This document shows positions 17,500-27,357 of a DNA stretch of 32,000 nt, one piece after another; position 1 is the stretch's first letter, and every line of letters starts with the position of its first letter. This DNA comes from Bdellovibrionales bacterium (GTDB lineage: Bacteria > Bdellovibrionota > Bdellovibrionia > Bdellovibrionales > UBA1609). The translations under genes were made by a program, and so were the position numbers. The DNA is taken from positions 240,001 to 272,000 of the forward strand of contig OZ252021.1 in the NCBI GenBank assembly GCA_965247685.1, in the 5' to 3' direction. The notes below the pieces were generated by a model. That model had not been told where the DNA came from. It saw only the letters and a program-made list of their open reading frames with translations, and made no database searches.

Positions 17500-19096
17500 A
17501 TCCATTAAAAAAACTTTCGTACCTCGAGATTATCAAAAGAAAAATCCTATAGATCAAAGGCTCACTTCAATAAGTGCAGAATCTGTACGAGTCCATTTTT
17601 TATTTGTAGGAGCTGGCCCCGCATCTCTTGCTGGAGCGATTCGACTCAAACAACTTTTTCCTGAAAAAAATATCACAATTATTGAAAAAGCAAGCCGCCT
17701 TGGTGGTCATTCTATTTCTGGAGCTATCATTAATCCAATTGCCTTTAAAAAATTATTTCCAAAAATAGCTTCCCAAGATTGGCCATTTTATCAACCAGTG
17801 ACTCATGAGAAGATGTATTTTCTGACTCAAAAAAATCAATTTAGAATTCCTGCACCACCCACAATAAAAAACAAAGGATTTTTTACAGCCTCACTCTGCG
17901 AGGTCGTCCGATGGCTGGGGCAAAAAGCAGAATCTATAGGAATTGATATCTTTCCCGAGACAGCTGCTGAAAAACTTATTATAGAAAATGATCGAGTCGT
18001 TGGCGTACAGAGTACACCCGCAGGTCTAAATAGAGATTCCACTAAAAAATCTCAATATCAAGAACCTGTCTCTCTTCTGGCAGATAAGATTTTTCTTGCA
18101 GACGGTGTCAGAGGGAATCTCTCACAAACTTGGCTTCGATGGAAAAATATTTCATCTCACTATCCCCCTCAATACGCTCTTGGAATTAAAGAAATATGGA
18201 AGATCAAAAAACCATTAAAAAGTGTGATTCACACTGTAGGTTTTCCTCTTAAAGGTTTTGGAGGAAGCTTTGTATACCCACTCTCGAATCAAAATATTTC
18301 TATAGGCTTAGTCTCTGGAATGGATAACCCTTCTGGAAGATGGAATTTGAATCACGATTTCCAAAAAATGAAAAATCACCCATTCTTTCAAAATATCCTA
18401 GAAGGAGGAGAATGTTTAGAGTGGGGGGCAAAAGTGATTCCTGAGGGAGGATACCATAGTATTCCAAATAAACTTCATGAAGATGGAGTTTTTATTCTTG
18501 GAGATGCCGCAAATTTAGTCAATGTTCCATCTTTAAAAGGAATTCACCAAGCTATGCTTTCTGGAATAGAAGCAGCAGAATATATTCATCAGAAAAAATC
18601 TCAACCTTTCGAAAAAATTTTAAAAAAACAAACTTTAATAGGTCAAGAACTTTACAAAGTAAGAAATATTTTGCGTGCCTTGCAAACTGAGAATCCTGTC
18701 TTAGGTTTTATTAAAGCAGGTTTAATGATACTCAGCAGAGGGCGATTTCCCAGTGATTTAAAACCAGAAAAACTACTCAAAGACAGCCAACACAAAAGAT
18801 CAATTAAATCTTCATCTTCTCCTTTCACCTCGACCCTTTCTAAAGAAGATGCTGTTTATCTTTCTGGCAATAAAACGCGAGATGATATTCCACCGCACCT
18901 CAAAGCACCTGACCACTTAGATGAGCATGTAATGGATTTTTATTCGAGCTTCTGCCCTGCTGGAGTCTATGAGAAAAAAAATGGTCAGCTATTAATTCAC
19001 GCCCCTAATTGTATTGATTGCAAGACTACAGATATACTAGGCCCTGAGTGGAATCCTCGTGAAGGCGGCTCAGGTCCAGACTATAACTTAATGTAA
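17486..19096 (+). CDS. Electron-transfer flavoprotein:ubiquinone oxidoreductase (ETF-QO)
   Basis: 536-aa ORF with a GTG start after AGGGAG. It has the FAD-binding motif FVGAGPASLAGAIRL and the C-terminal Fe-S region FCPAGVYE...NCIDCKTTD...PREGGSGPDYNLM. It overlaps the aminotransferase 3' end by 14 nt. Confidence 0.85.
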   Translation: MNHHKSIKKTFVPRDYQKKNPIDQRLTSISAESVRVHFLFVGAGPASLAGAIRLKQLFPEKNITIIEKASRLGGHSISGAIINPIAFKKLFPKIASQDWPFYQPVTHEKMYFLTQKNQFRIPAPPTIKNKGFFTASLCEVVRWLGQKAESIGIDIFPETAAEKLIIENDRVVGVQSTPAGLNRDSTKKSQYQEPVSLLADKIFLADGVRGNLSQTWLRWKNISSHYPPQYALGIKEIWKIKKPLKSVIHTVGFPLKGFGGSFVYPLSNQNISIGLVSGMDNPSGRWNLNHDFQKMKNHPFFQNILEGGECLEWGAKVIPEGGYHSIPNKLHEDGVFILGDAANLVNVPSLKGIHQAMLSGIEAAEYIHQKKSQPFEKILKKQTLIGQELYKVRNILRALQTENPVLGFIKAGLMILSRGRFPSDLKPEKLLKDSQHKRSIKSSSSPFTSTLSKEDAVYLSGNKTRDDIPPHLKAPDHLDEHVMDFYSSFCPAGVYEKKNGQLLIHAPNCIDCKTTDILGPEWNPREGGSGPDYNLM

Positions 19097-19108
19097 GGAG
19101 TAATAAAA

Positions 19109-19471
19109 ATGTCGACAATATTTAAAAAAATTATTGATAAGGAAATTCCGACAGACTTCGTTTATGAAGACGATCTTTGTATTGCCATTAAAGATATTAA
19201 TCCCCAAGCACCTGTTCATATTTTAGTTATACCTAAAAAAGAAATCCACTCCATCACTCAAGCGACTTCAGAAGATCAAAATCTTTTAGGTCATCTGATG
19301 CTCAAAGCCGTTGAAATTGCAAAAAAATTCAATATCGACAAGAAGGGATATCGCTTAGTCCTTAACACTGGAGAAGACGGCGGACAAACTGTTCACCACC
19401 TCCATATCCACGTCTTAGGGGGATGCCCTTTGAATGAAAATATGACTCACAAAGCTTTCCGACCGAAATAA
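19109..19471 (+). CDS. HIT-family (HinT-like) nucleotide hydrolase
   Basis: 120-aa ORF with an AAGGAG Shine-Dalgarno sequence and the histidine triad HHLHIHVLGG. Confidence 0.85.
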   Translation: MSTIFKKIIDKEIPTDFVYEDDLCIAIKDINPQAPVHILVIPKKEIHSITQATSEDQNLLGHLMLKAVEIAKKFNIDKKGYRLVLNTGEDGGQTVHHLHIHVLGGCPLNENMTHKAFRPK

Positions 19472-19508
19472 TATTGAATACATACCTTTTTTTGGATAAA
19501 TTCAAAAT

Positions 19509-19736
19509 ATGAGTGCGGTGGAAGAATTTAAAAATCAAATCCAATCCCTCCAAGAGGTGGATATAGGAGATTTTAGAAGAAAAATAATCTTGTATATTAA
19601 CCGTCTGCATGAGGCAACAGGTGAAAAATACTCTAAAACCATCCACGAGATGAAAAAAACTGTACTTTACAACAGTTTAACAGATTCAGAAGAAATTCTT
19701 GAACAACTTCTTCATACAACAAAAAACATTAAATAA
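19509..19736 (+). CDS. Hypothetical small protein
   Basis: 75-aa ORF filling the gap between the HIT gene and rpmE2 on the same strand. I recognise no motif and the Shine-Dalgarno sequence is weak. Confidence 0.4.
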   Translation: MSAVEEFKNQIQSLQEVDIGDFRRKIILYINRLHEATGEKYSKTIHEMKKTVLYNSLTDSEEILEQLLHTTKNIK

Positions 19737-19803
19737 TAATTTTCCACAACACTTGATTTTTTAAGGAAAATATCCTACTAATAGTCTCCTTGAGGGTCTT
19801 TAT

Positions 19804-20058
19804 ATGAAAAAAGATATTCATCCAAAACTCAGAGAAATCGTTTTCAGAGATATTGACTGTGGCTTTGAGTTGATCACACTTTCTACTGCTGAAACTAAAA
19901 AAGTGACGGAAGTGAATGGAAAAACCTACCCCCTTCTTACTTTCGATGTCTCCAGCCATTCTCATCCTTTCTATACAGGACAGCAAAGACTTGTCGACAA
20001 AGAAGGAAGAGCAGAAAAGTTTATGAAAAAATACAAACTATCTCAATCTAAAAAATAA
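19804..20058 (+). CDS. rpmE2: 50S ribosomal protein L31, type B (zinc-independent)
   Basis: MKKDIHPK...SSHSHPFYTGQQR. The CxxC zinc ribbon of type A is replaced by SSHS. Confidence 0.85.
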   Translation: MKKDIHPKLREIVFRDIDCGFELITLSTAETKKVTEVNGKTYPLLTFDVSSHSHPFYTGQQRLVDKEGRAEKFMKKYKLSQSKK

Positions 20059-20084
20059 AAAGACAGTTTTATAATACTTCATGA

Positions 20085-20810
20085 TTAAAATTCTATAAGA
20101 AAGACGTCCTCTTCGCTTTTAGGTGGTTCTATGTGAATCACATGAGGCTCGATTTTTGAAGATTCTAAAAATTCTGCTCTCATTAAAATCCATCTTTTTG
20201 GCCAGGAAATAGAAACATTGTGAAAGTGAACTGAACCGCCCCCGCTTTCAAAGTCCGTTAGAGAAATAGGAGAATTTTGAATAGCTCTCTTAGGCAAATT
20301 AAAAGGACCTATGAATTTAAAATCAGAATGCTTATTACAAGGAGATATCATTTGCATGATCACCTTCTCCCCTTCCATGGATATTCTATAAGCTTCAAAA
20401 ATTAAACGAATTTTAGAAAAAACATCACATATAAATTGCTGATTCCCCTGCGGATCATTGTAAAGTACATTTCCCACAACAAATTGAATGATATTTCCAG
20501 AAGAAATCACTTGAGCATTTTTAAAAATATTTTGTACATTAGAATAAATATCGTAGTCGATGCTGGCTATTTGTCTTTCTGATTCTCCACCTGTTGAAGC
20601 TAAACCTCGAACAGATGTTTTTGGATCTACTAAAACGGAAACCTTTTGACTCCAAGAACGAAATCCCACTTGGTAACCCACAACATAAGCCATGACAGCA
20701 CAAAGTACTAAAAACCCACCATTTTTGAACTTGCGGCACAAAGCTACACATTTATTGAAACTAAAAACAGACATAAGTTTTATGATAAAAGCTTTATGCT
20801 TGAATAGCAA
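20085..20810 (-). CDS. Hypothetical membrane-anchored protein
   Basis: 241-aa ORF 22 nt downstream of pepA on the same strand, with one N-terminal hydrophobic helix (GGFLVLCAVMAYVVGYQVGF). The start could be the internal Met at 20774. Confidence 0.5.
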   Translation of the reverse strand: MLFKHKAFIIKLMSVFSFNKCVALCRKFKNGGFLVLCAVMAYVVGYQVGFRSWSQKVSVLVDPKTSVRGLASTGGESERQIASIDYDIYSNVQNIFKNAQVISSGNIIQFVVGNVLYNDPQGNQQFICDVFSKIRLIFEAYRISMEGEKVIMQMISPCNKHSDFKFIGPFNLPKRAIQNSPISLTDFESGGGSVHFHNVSISWPKRWILMRAEFLESSKIEPHVIHIEPPKSEEDVFLIEF

Positions 20811-20832
20811 TATACACGAAGGACTTGTTTTT

Positions 20833-22317
20833 TTAAGAGCTGTAGTTACGAGCTATTTCGTAAAAGGTTCGAACCATCACTCCAGAAGCCCCTTTATCTA
20901 AACAATAGCTCAATCGATTAGAAACATTCCAAGCAGTCCCTGCAATATCAAAGTGCACCCAAGGAATCTTCTTATCCACAAAATGCTCTAAAAATGCAGC
21001 AGCCGTAGCGCTTCCTGCACCCCTAAATGAAGATATATTGGCCACATCTGCAAATGGACTGCGCATATCATGCACATGATCATCCACTAAAGGCATCGCC
21101 CACACTCTTTCTCCAGACTTCAATGAAGCTCCTTCTATTTTCTTTCTTAAAGTATCATTTCTTGTGTAAAAACCAGTATGAGAATTCCCTAATGCGACAA
21201 CCATTGCTCCTGTTAAAGTAGCTGCATCCACAATCACCGCAGGTTTTTGTTCACTGGCATAAGATAATGCATCTGCAAGTATCAAACGTCCTTCTGCATC
21301 CGTATTGAGCACTTCCATTGTCTTTCCATTGCGAGCCTTCAAAATATCTCCAGGCTTACTTGCTGAAGCTCCTGGCATATTTTCTGATGCTGGCACAAAT
21401 GCTATGACATTGATTTTTAAATTCATTTGTGAAATAGCCCACAGCGCTCCAAATACAGCCGCCCCACCGCACATATCATATTTCATCTCATCCATGGCGT
21501 GAGAAGGTTTGATACTGATGCCTCCAGAATCAAAAGTCAGCCCCTTTCCTACTAAGCAAATAGGCTTTTCCGAAGCTTTTCTCGCACCTTTATATTCGAT
21601 CATAATAAAACGAGGCTCTTGAGAGCTTCCTAGGGATACTCCCAGCAACCCTCCCATGTTTTCTTTTTTTATTTTCTCCTTATCCCACACAGTCACCTTG
21701 AGTCGGGGGCCTCTGATTTTTTTTCGCACCTCTCCTGCCAAGATAGAAGGAGTCATTAAATTTCCAGGAGTATCTCCTAAAAATCTTGCAAAGTTCGTAG
21801 CCTCTGACAGCACAGTTCCTTCGTTAACCGCTGCACTCAGTTTACTTTTGGATTTGGAGTAAAACAGAAATATATCTGTAAGTTTTGGTTTTTCATTCTT
21901 CTGTTTTTGTTTGTAGTGATCAAAACTATATTGAGCTAAAAGAACACCTTCAGTGATCGCGCGTACGACATCATGGCTCTCTTTTACAGTAGCCAGATCA
22001 ATTCCTGCAGACTTCAATCCTTTTTTACTTAAAGCTTTATAAGCCACACCACTGGCTTGGCGGTAAGACTGGTGATTTATTCCTTTTGTAGAGCCTAAAC
22101 CAACAAGAAGTAAATGTTTACTATGGTGGGCAGCTTGGTAGGGTAAAAAAAGAATTTCTTTTTCTTTGCCTTTAAATAATCCTTCTTTGGATGCTTGCTT
22201 AAAGATAGAAGCGGCATACTTCGACTTACCACTTTGAACCTCTTCCTGATTCAGCAAGAGGATTAAAACATCATATTTTTTCTTTTTATCTTTGTAATCT
22301 TGCAAAGTAACTTTCAC
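20833..22317 (-). CDS. pepA: Leucyl aminopeptidase (M17 family)
   Basis: 494-aa ORF with a GTG start 7 nt after AAGGAG. It carries the M17 signature NTDAEGRLILAD and VGKGLTFDSGG. Confidence 0.9.
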   Translation of the reverse strand: MKVTLQDYKDKKKKYDVLILLLNQEEVQSGKSKYAASIFKQASKEGLFKGKEKEILFLPYQAAHHSKHLLLVGLGSTKGINHQSYRQASGVAYKALSKKGLKSAGIDLATVKESHDVVRAITEGVLLAQYSFDHYKQKQKNEKPKLTDIFLFYSKSKSKLSAAVNEGTVLSEATNFARFLGDTPGNLMTPSILAGEVRKKIRGPRLKVTVWDKEKIKKENMGGLLGVSLGSSQEPRFIMIEYKGARKASEKPICLVGKGLTFDSGGISIKPSHAMDEMKYDMCGGAAVFGALWAISQMNLKINVIAFVPASENMPGASASKPGDILKARNGKTMEVLNTDAEGRLILADALSYASEQKPAVIVDAATLTGAMVVALGNSHTGFYTRNDTLRKKIEGASLKSGERVWAMPLVDDHVHDMRSPFADVANISSFRGAGSATAAAFLEHFVDKKIPWVHFDIAGTAWNVSNRLSYCLDKGASGVMVRTFYEIARNYSS

Positions 22318-22641
22318 GAAAATCTCCTTTTTTAACGATTATTGTCCTATAAATCAGTGTCCAAAGCTGAATTATAGTAAAGAAATTGTCAAGTTCTCGC
22401 CATATTGTTGTTAAATGAAACACCCTTAAAAATCTCCAAAAATCATATTTTTAACACAAAAAACCTCTTTAATCGCACTTAAAAATGGAATAAAAGTAGA
22501 AACTTGTTGAAACAGCCTTTCTTTGTAGAAGCAACATTTAGTCCACACAAAAAGGCTTTAAAGCGCATAAAAATTTTAGAGCTTGAAAAAAAAACCCGAA
22601 CAGGTTTAAGGCTATTTGAAACCCAAAAAGGAAAACTTGTA

Positions 22642-23268
22642 ATGGAAAAAACACACAAAGGACAAAGTACCTTAGTCCCAATAGTAATTGAAAAAACTCC
22701 TCAAGGAGAGCGAAGTTACGACATTTACTCCCGACTTCTTAAAGATCGCATTATTATGCTCGGACACCCTATTACAGATGAACTCGCAAATAGCGTCATT
22801 GCACAACTGTTCTTTTTAGAAATGGAAAACCCTTCTAAAGATATTCATATTTACATTAACTCCCCTGGTGGCAGTATTATGGCAGGGCTTGCAATTTACG
22901 ATATTATGCAGTTTATTAAATGCAAAGTGAACACTTACTGCATCGGAATGGCAGCTAGTATGGGCTCATTACTCCTTGTGGCTGGTTCTCGCCGGTATAT
23001 TCTACCCCATGCTCGTGTAATGGTGCATCAACCTTTGATTGCAGGAGGGGGCCTCTCAGGACCTGTGAGTGATATTGAAATACATACTCAAGAAATGACT
23101 TTACTTAAGAAAAAATTAACTGATATTTATGTTAAGCACACAAAAATATCTTTTGAGAAGCTGACTCAAATGATGGATCGAGATCGATATATGAGTGCAG
23201 AGCAGGCCAAAGAATTAGGTTTAGTAGACGAAGTTGTCAAAACAAGAAAGAATCATAAGGTTTTATAA
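22642..23268 (+). CDS. clpP: ATP-dependent Clp protease proteolytic subunit
   Basis: Catalytic Ser (GMAASMG), His (MVHQP) and Asp (DRDRYM) contexts are present. I prefer the ATG at 22642 (208 aa, AAAGGAAAA upstream) to the track's TTG at 22504. Confidence 0.92.
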   Translation: MEKTHKGQSTLVPIVIEKTPQGERSYDIYSRLLKDRIIMLGHPITDELANSVIAQLFFLEMENPSKDIHIYINSPGGSIMAGLAIYDIMQFIKCKVNTYCIGMAASMGSLLLVAGSRRYILPHARVMVHQPLIAGGGLSGPVSDIEIHTQEMTLLKKKLTDIYVKHTKISFEKLTQMMDRDRYMSAEQAKELGLVDEVVKTRKNHKVL

Positions 23269-23271
23269 ATA

Positions 23272-24576
23272 ATGGCATTTTTATCTTGTAGTTTTTGTGG
23301 AAAAAACCAAAAAGCAGTTAAAAAACTAATTGCAGGGCCTGAAGTTTACATCTGCAACGAGTGCGTCCATTTATGCAACGACATACTTACGGAAGATGAG
23401 CACAGTGATAAGGGCAAATCCAAAAAAATTCAAACACCCACTCCTGAAGAAATTAAAGCTCATCTGGATTCTTATGTCATTGGACAAGATCAAGCAAAAA
23501 AAATTGTATCCGTAGCTGTATATAACCACTACAAAAGAATTTATTTTCAAAAAAAATATAACAAAGACGATATTGAGATTTCAAAAAGTAATGTCTTGCT
23601 CATTGGCCCTACAGGTTCTGGAAAAACTTTAATGGCTCAAACTATCGCTCGATTTTTAGATGTACCTTTTGCTATTGCAGATGCAACCACACTGACAGAA
23701 GCTGGATATGTAGGGGAAGATGTTGAAAATGTAGTTCTTAATTTATTACAAGCTGCAGACTATTCTGTAGAGCAAGCTCAAAAAGGAATAATATATATTG
23801 ATGAAATTGATAAAATCACACGTAAATCCGAAAATCCCTCTATCACAAGAGATGTCAGTGGAGAAGGAGTTCAGCAGGCTTTACTTAAAATTTTAGAAGG
23901 AACAGTCGCTCACCTGCCTCCAAAAGGAGGCCGAAAACACCCACAGCAAGAATTTATTCAAGTGGACACTTCCAATATTTTATTTATTGTTGGTGGAGCC
24001 TTTGTAGGTCTGGAACGTATTATCGAAAATCGACTCTCTAATAAATCTATGGGTATCAGTGCAGATATTAAAACAGATAATGAACGTCTAGAATCTAAAG
24101 AAAATCTAGTTCAGTACATTGAACCTACTGATCTCAGCAGCTATGGATTAATCCCTGAGTTTATTGGACGACTCCCTGTGGTGGCGGCTCTGGAATCTTT
24201 AGACAAAACTGCTTTAATTGAAATTTTACAAGAGCCTAAGAATGCTTTAGTGAAACAATATCAAAAATTATTTCAATTTGATAACACAGAACTCACCTTT
24301 GAAAACGATGCTATCAAAGCTATTGCTCATGAAGCAATGAAGAAAAAAACAGGAGCTCGAGGTCTTAGAAGTGTTATGGAAGATGCAATGCAGGACTTAA
24401 TGTTTGAAAATCCTTCCTTTAAGAGCCAAGCTTCTAAAAAGTGCATCATCACAGAAGATAATATTTTGAAAAAGAAAAAAGCAAAAATTACAACAGTACC
24501 TAAAAAACAAAGTTCGCTTTCTTCCTCATCTAAGAAAAATAACAAACAAACATCAGAAACTGAAAAAATTGCCTAA
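23272..24576 (+). CDS. clpX: ATP-dependent Clp protease ATP-binding subunit ClpX
   Basis: N-terminal zinc finger CSFCGK...CNEC, Walker A GPTGSGKT, and the pore loop GYVGED. It starts 3 nt after clpP. Confidence 0.95.
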   Translation: MAFLSCSFCGKNQKAVKKLIAGPEVYICNECVHLCNDILTEDEHSDKGKSKKIQTPTPEEIKAHLDSYVIGQDQAKKIVSVAVYNHYKRIYFQKKYNKDDIEISKSNVLLIGPTGSGKTLMAQTIARFLDVPFAIADATTLTEAGYVGEDVENVVLNLLQAADYSVEQAQKGIIYIDEIDKITRKSENPSITRDVSGEGVQQALLKILEGTVAHLPPKGGRKHPQQEFIQVDTSNILFIVGGAFVGLERIIENRLSNKSMGISADIKTDNERLESKENLVQYIEPTDLSSYGLIPEFIGRLPVVAALESLDKTALIEILQEPKNALVKQYQKLFQFDNTELTFENDAIKAIAHEAMKKKTGARGLRSVMEDAMQDLMFENPSFKSQASKKCIITEDNILKKKKAKITTVPKKQSSLSSSSKKNNKQTSETEKIA

Positions 24577-24741
24577 CTTTTCTTTATGAGTTCCCAACAG
24601 CTCTATTTTATGATAAAGCCATTTTTATTAAAAGACAGACACAGATTGAAAAATTTACATGGCTTTCTCAGGGAAGTTCAATAAATGCCCTAATTTTTCT
24701 CGATTGACAATCCTTGTTTTTGTGCACAAAATAATAAGGAA

Positions 24742-27174
24742 ATGCAAGAAAAGAAAATACTGCCTTTATTATCTCTCAGAGACTTAGTGGTTTTCCCTCA
24801 AATGATGCTTCCTCTCTTTGTAGGACGAGAAAAAAGTATGCAGGCTCTTAAAGAAGCTATGCGCACAAAATCGGATATTGTGCTTGCTACACAAAGACAA
24901 GCTAAAAATGATCACCCCGAGCCTAAAGAAATTTTTCCAATAGGGACTGTGAGTACTATTATTCAACATCTTCACCTTGCTGATGGAACTATTAAAATCA
25001 TGGTTGAAGGTAAATATCGAGTCAAAATTCTTAACTTTGAAGAAGAAGATAAATTTTTCAAAGTTAAAGTCCAACAAGTGCAAGAGATTGTGTCGGACAA
25101 AACACATGCCCGCGCTTTAACACGAATGGTCTGCCAAGCTTTTGAAACTTTCGTTAAACTTAATCGGCAAATGGCGGCTGAAACTGTGGCGCGTGCTTAT
25201 GCCATAAAAGAATACAGTGTTCTTGCAGACTATATCGCCTCTCAGCTCAATTTAAAGATGGAAGACAAACAAATGCTCCTAGAAATCACAGATGCAGGTG
25301 AAAGACTTAGAGAAGTCCTTAAATGCATTACCAATGAAATTGAAATTATAAAAGCAGAAAGAAAAATTCGCACTCGTGTGAAAGAACAAATGGAACGATC
25401 ACAGCGAGAATACTATCTGAACGAACAATTGCAAGCGATTCAAAAAGAACTCGGCGAAAAAGATGATTACCAAAACGAATTGAAAGAATTTCAACAAAAG
25501 CTGGATAAAAAGAAAGTTAGCACTGAGGCCAAAGAGAAAGTAGAAAAAGAAATTAAAAAATTAAAAATGATGTCTTCTATGAGTGCTGAAGCTACAGTGG
25601 TGAGGAATTATGTGGACTGGGTACTCTCTTTACCGTGGATGGACTATGCTAGAGAAAAGAAAAATATCAGTTCTGCAGAGCGAATTTTAAATAATGACCA
25701 TTGGGGTTTAAACCGTGTCAAAGAAAGAATTCTGGAACATTTAGCCGTTCGCTCTTTGACAAAAGATTTTTCGAGCCCTATTTTATGTTTTGTAGGCCCT
25801 CCGGGAGTAGGAAAAACTTCTTTAGCTCGATCTATCGCTAAATCTTTAAGCCGCCCTTTTGCTCGCATATCTTTAGGAGGCGTCCAAGACGAGGCGGAAG
25901 TGCGAGGACATCGCCGAACTTATGTAGGAGCGATGCCCGGTAAAATTATCCAAGCAATGAGAAAGGTCAAAAAAGGAAATCCTGTAATGCTCCTTGATGA
26001 AGTAGACAAAATGAGTATGCAGTTTAGAGGGGATCCAGCAGCTGCACTGCTGGAAGCTTTAGATCCAGAACAAAATGGCACTTTTCAAGATCATTACCTA
26101 GAGTTAGATTACGACCTATCTCCTATCTTCTTTATTACAACGGCTAACTCCACACACCCTATTCCACGCCCACTTTTAGATCGTATGGAAGTCATTTCCA
26201 TTGAGGGCTACATCGAAAGTGAAAAACTGAATATTGCTAAAAAACATTTACTTTCAAAACAAATCAGAAAACATGGTCTAGAGCCCTACAATGTTCAAAT
26301 CACGGACTCTGGTTTGAAAGAAATTATACGTTACTACACTCGAGAAGCAGGAGTGCGAAACTTAGAAAGACAAATTGCTTCCATCTTGAGAAAGGTGGCT
26401 AAAGAAGTAGTCACCAAGAAAATTGAACCTCAGACTAAGAAAAAAGGTTTTGCTATTAACCATCGTTCTATTAAAGATTATCTAGGTGAGAGAAGACATC
26501 GATTAGGTCATACAGAGAAAGAAAACGAGATTGGACTCACTAATGGCTTAGCTTGGACAGAAACAGGTGGTGATTTGCTCGTTGTAGAAGCTTCTGTAGT
26601 TCCAGGCAAGGGGAAGTTTATTTTGACGGGGCAAATGGGTGATGTCATGAAGGAGTCTTGCTCTGCAGCTCTCAGTTACGTTCGCTCTCGAGGACCTCTA
26701 TTTGATTTTCCAAAAGAATTCTTTGAACAACACGACTTCCATATTCATGTTCCTGAAGGAGCTGTCCCTAAAGATGGTCCTTCCGCAGGTATTGCTCTCA
26801 CATGCAGTATTGTTTCTGCAATCACTAAATTTCCAGTGAAGAGAACAATTGCAATGACGGGTGAGGTGACTCTTAGAGGAAGAGTAATCGCTATTGGAGG
26901 GCTGAAAGAAAAAATAATAGCTGCTTATCGAGAAGGAATTAAAACTATACTCATTCCGAAAGAAAATGAAAAAGATTTGAGAGATAAGAATGTGGGTATT
27001 CCAAAAGAAATCTTAGAAAAGATCGAAGTGATCACTGTCAATCACGTCGATCAAGTCTTAGTGAATACTTTGGTTATTAAATCTGCCCATCAACTTTTCA
27101 AATCACAAGCTCAAAAGAGTTCTGGATTAAAAGCTAAGTACACCGGACACGAGAGTTATACACACTCTCATTAA
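24742..27174 (+). CDS. lon: ATP-dependent Lon protease
   Basis: 810-aa ORF with Walker A GPPGVGKTS, the catalytic Ser in DGPSAGIA and the Lys in GGLKEKI. Confidence 0.95.
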   Translation: MQEKKILPLLSLRDLVVFPQMMLPLFVGREKSMQALKEAMRTKSDIVLATQRQAKNDHPEPKEIFPIGTVSTIIQHLHLADGTIKIMVEGKYRVKILNFEEEDKFFKVKVQQVQEIVSDKTHARALTRMVCQAFETFVKLNRQMAAETVARAYAIKEYSVLADYIASQLNLKMEDKQMLLEITDAGERLREVLKCITNEIEIIKAERKIRTRVKEQMERSQREYYLNEQLQAIQKELGEKDDYQNELKEFQQKLDKKKVSTEAKEKVEKEIKKLKMMSSMSAEATVVRNYVDWVLSLPWMDYAREKKNISSAERILNNDHWGLNRVKERILEHLAVRSLTKDFSSPILCFVGPPGVGKTSLARSIAKSLSRPFARISLGGVQDEAEVRGHRRTYVGAMPGKIIQAMRKVKKGNPVMLLDEVDKMSMQFRGDPAAALLEALDPEQNGTFQDHYLELDYDLSPIFFITTANSTHPIPRPLLDRMEVISIEGYIESEKLNIAKKHLLSKQIRKHGLEPYNVQITDSGLKEIIRYYTREAGVRNLERQIASILRKVAKEVVTKKIEPQTKKKGFAINHRSIKDYLGERRHRLGHTEKENEIGLTNGLAWTETGGDLLVVEASVVPGKGKFILTGQMGDVMKESCSAALSYVRSRGPLFDFPKEFFEQHDFHIHVPEGAVPKDGPSAGIALTCSIVSAITKFPVKRTIAMTGEVTLRGRVIAIGGLKEKIIAAYREGIKTILIPKENEKDLRDKNVGIPKEILEKIEVITVNHVDQVLVNTLVIKSAHQLFKSQAQKSSGLKAKYTGHESYTHSH

Positions 27175-27213
27175 ACCTCAATCCAAAATAAAATACCATA
27201 TCTTAAGGTAAAG

Positions 27214-27250
27214 TTTGAAAAATTTTCACACTTTCAAATTTTTATTTATT
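27214..27250 (+). terminator. Weak AT-rich hairpin plus T-run downstream of lon (possible intrinsic terminator)
   Basis: TTTGAAA (27214..27220) pairs with TTTCAAA (27232..27238). The stem can extend to about 10 bp with one G-U pair, the loop is 11 nt, and tttttatttattt follows. Confidence 0.3.
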
Positions 27251-27280
27251 TCAATATTTAAGTATGATAAAAACCAAGAA

Positions 27281-27300
27281 GGACAATCTGTGGACTATCT
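27281..27300 (+). promoter_or_regulatory. 11-bp-period direct repeat upstream of the winged-helix regulator gene (candidate operator)
   Basis: GGACAATCT (27281) - gt - GGACTATCT (27292) is followed at once by TTGTAAT. It lies about 60-80 nt upstream of the TTG start. Confidence 0.25.
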
Positions 27301-27357
27301 TTGTAATTTTTACACACCACAAGAATCAGAAAAAAACCTAGGGCGGGGGAGTTAAGT

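Noticed and set aside
22504-22641. 46-codon N-terminal extension of clpP from a TTG start, as listed in the ORF track
   Set aside because: The extension has no ClpP homology. The internal ATG at 22642 has a purine-rich Shine-Dalgarno sequence and gives a normal-length 208-aa ClpP.
24704-24732. TTGACA-17 nt-CAAAAT upstream of lon as a sigma70 promoter
   Set aside because: The predicted transcription start would fall within or after the lon Shine-Dalgarno sequence, 2-3 nt before the ATG. It is unlikely to be the functional promoter as drawn. I found no convincing sigma32-type or CIRCE-like element by eye upstream of clpP or lon.
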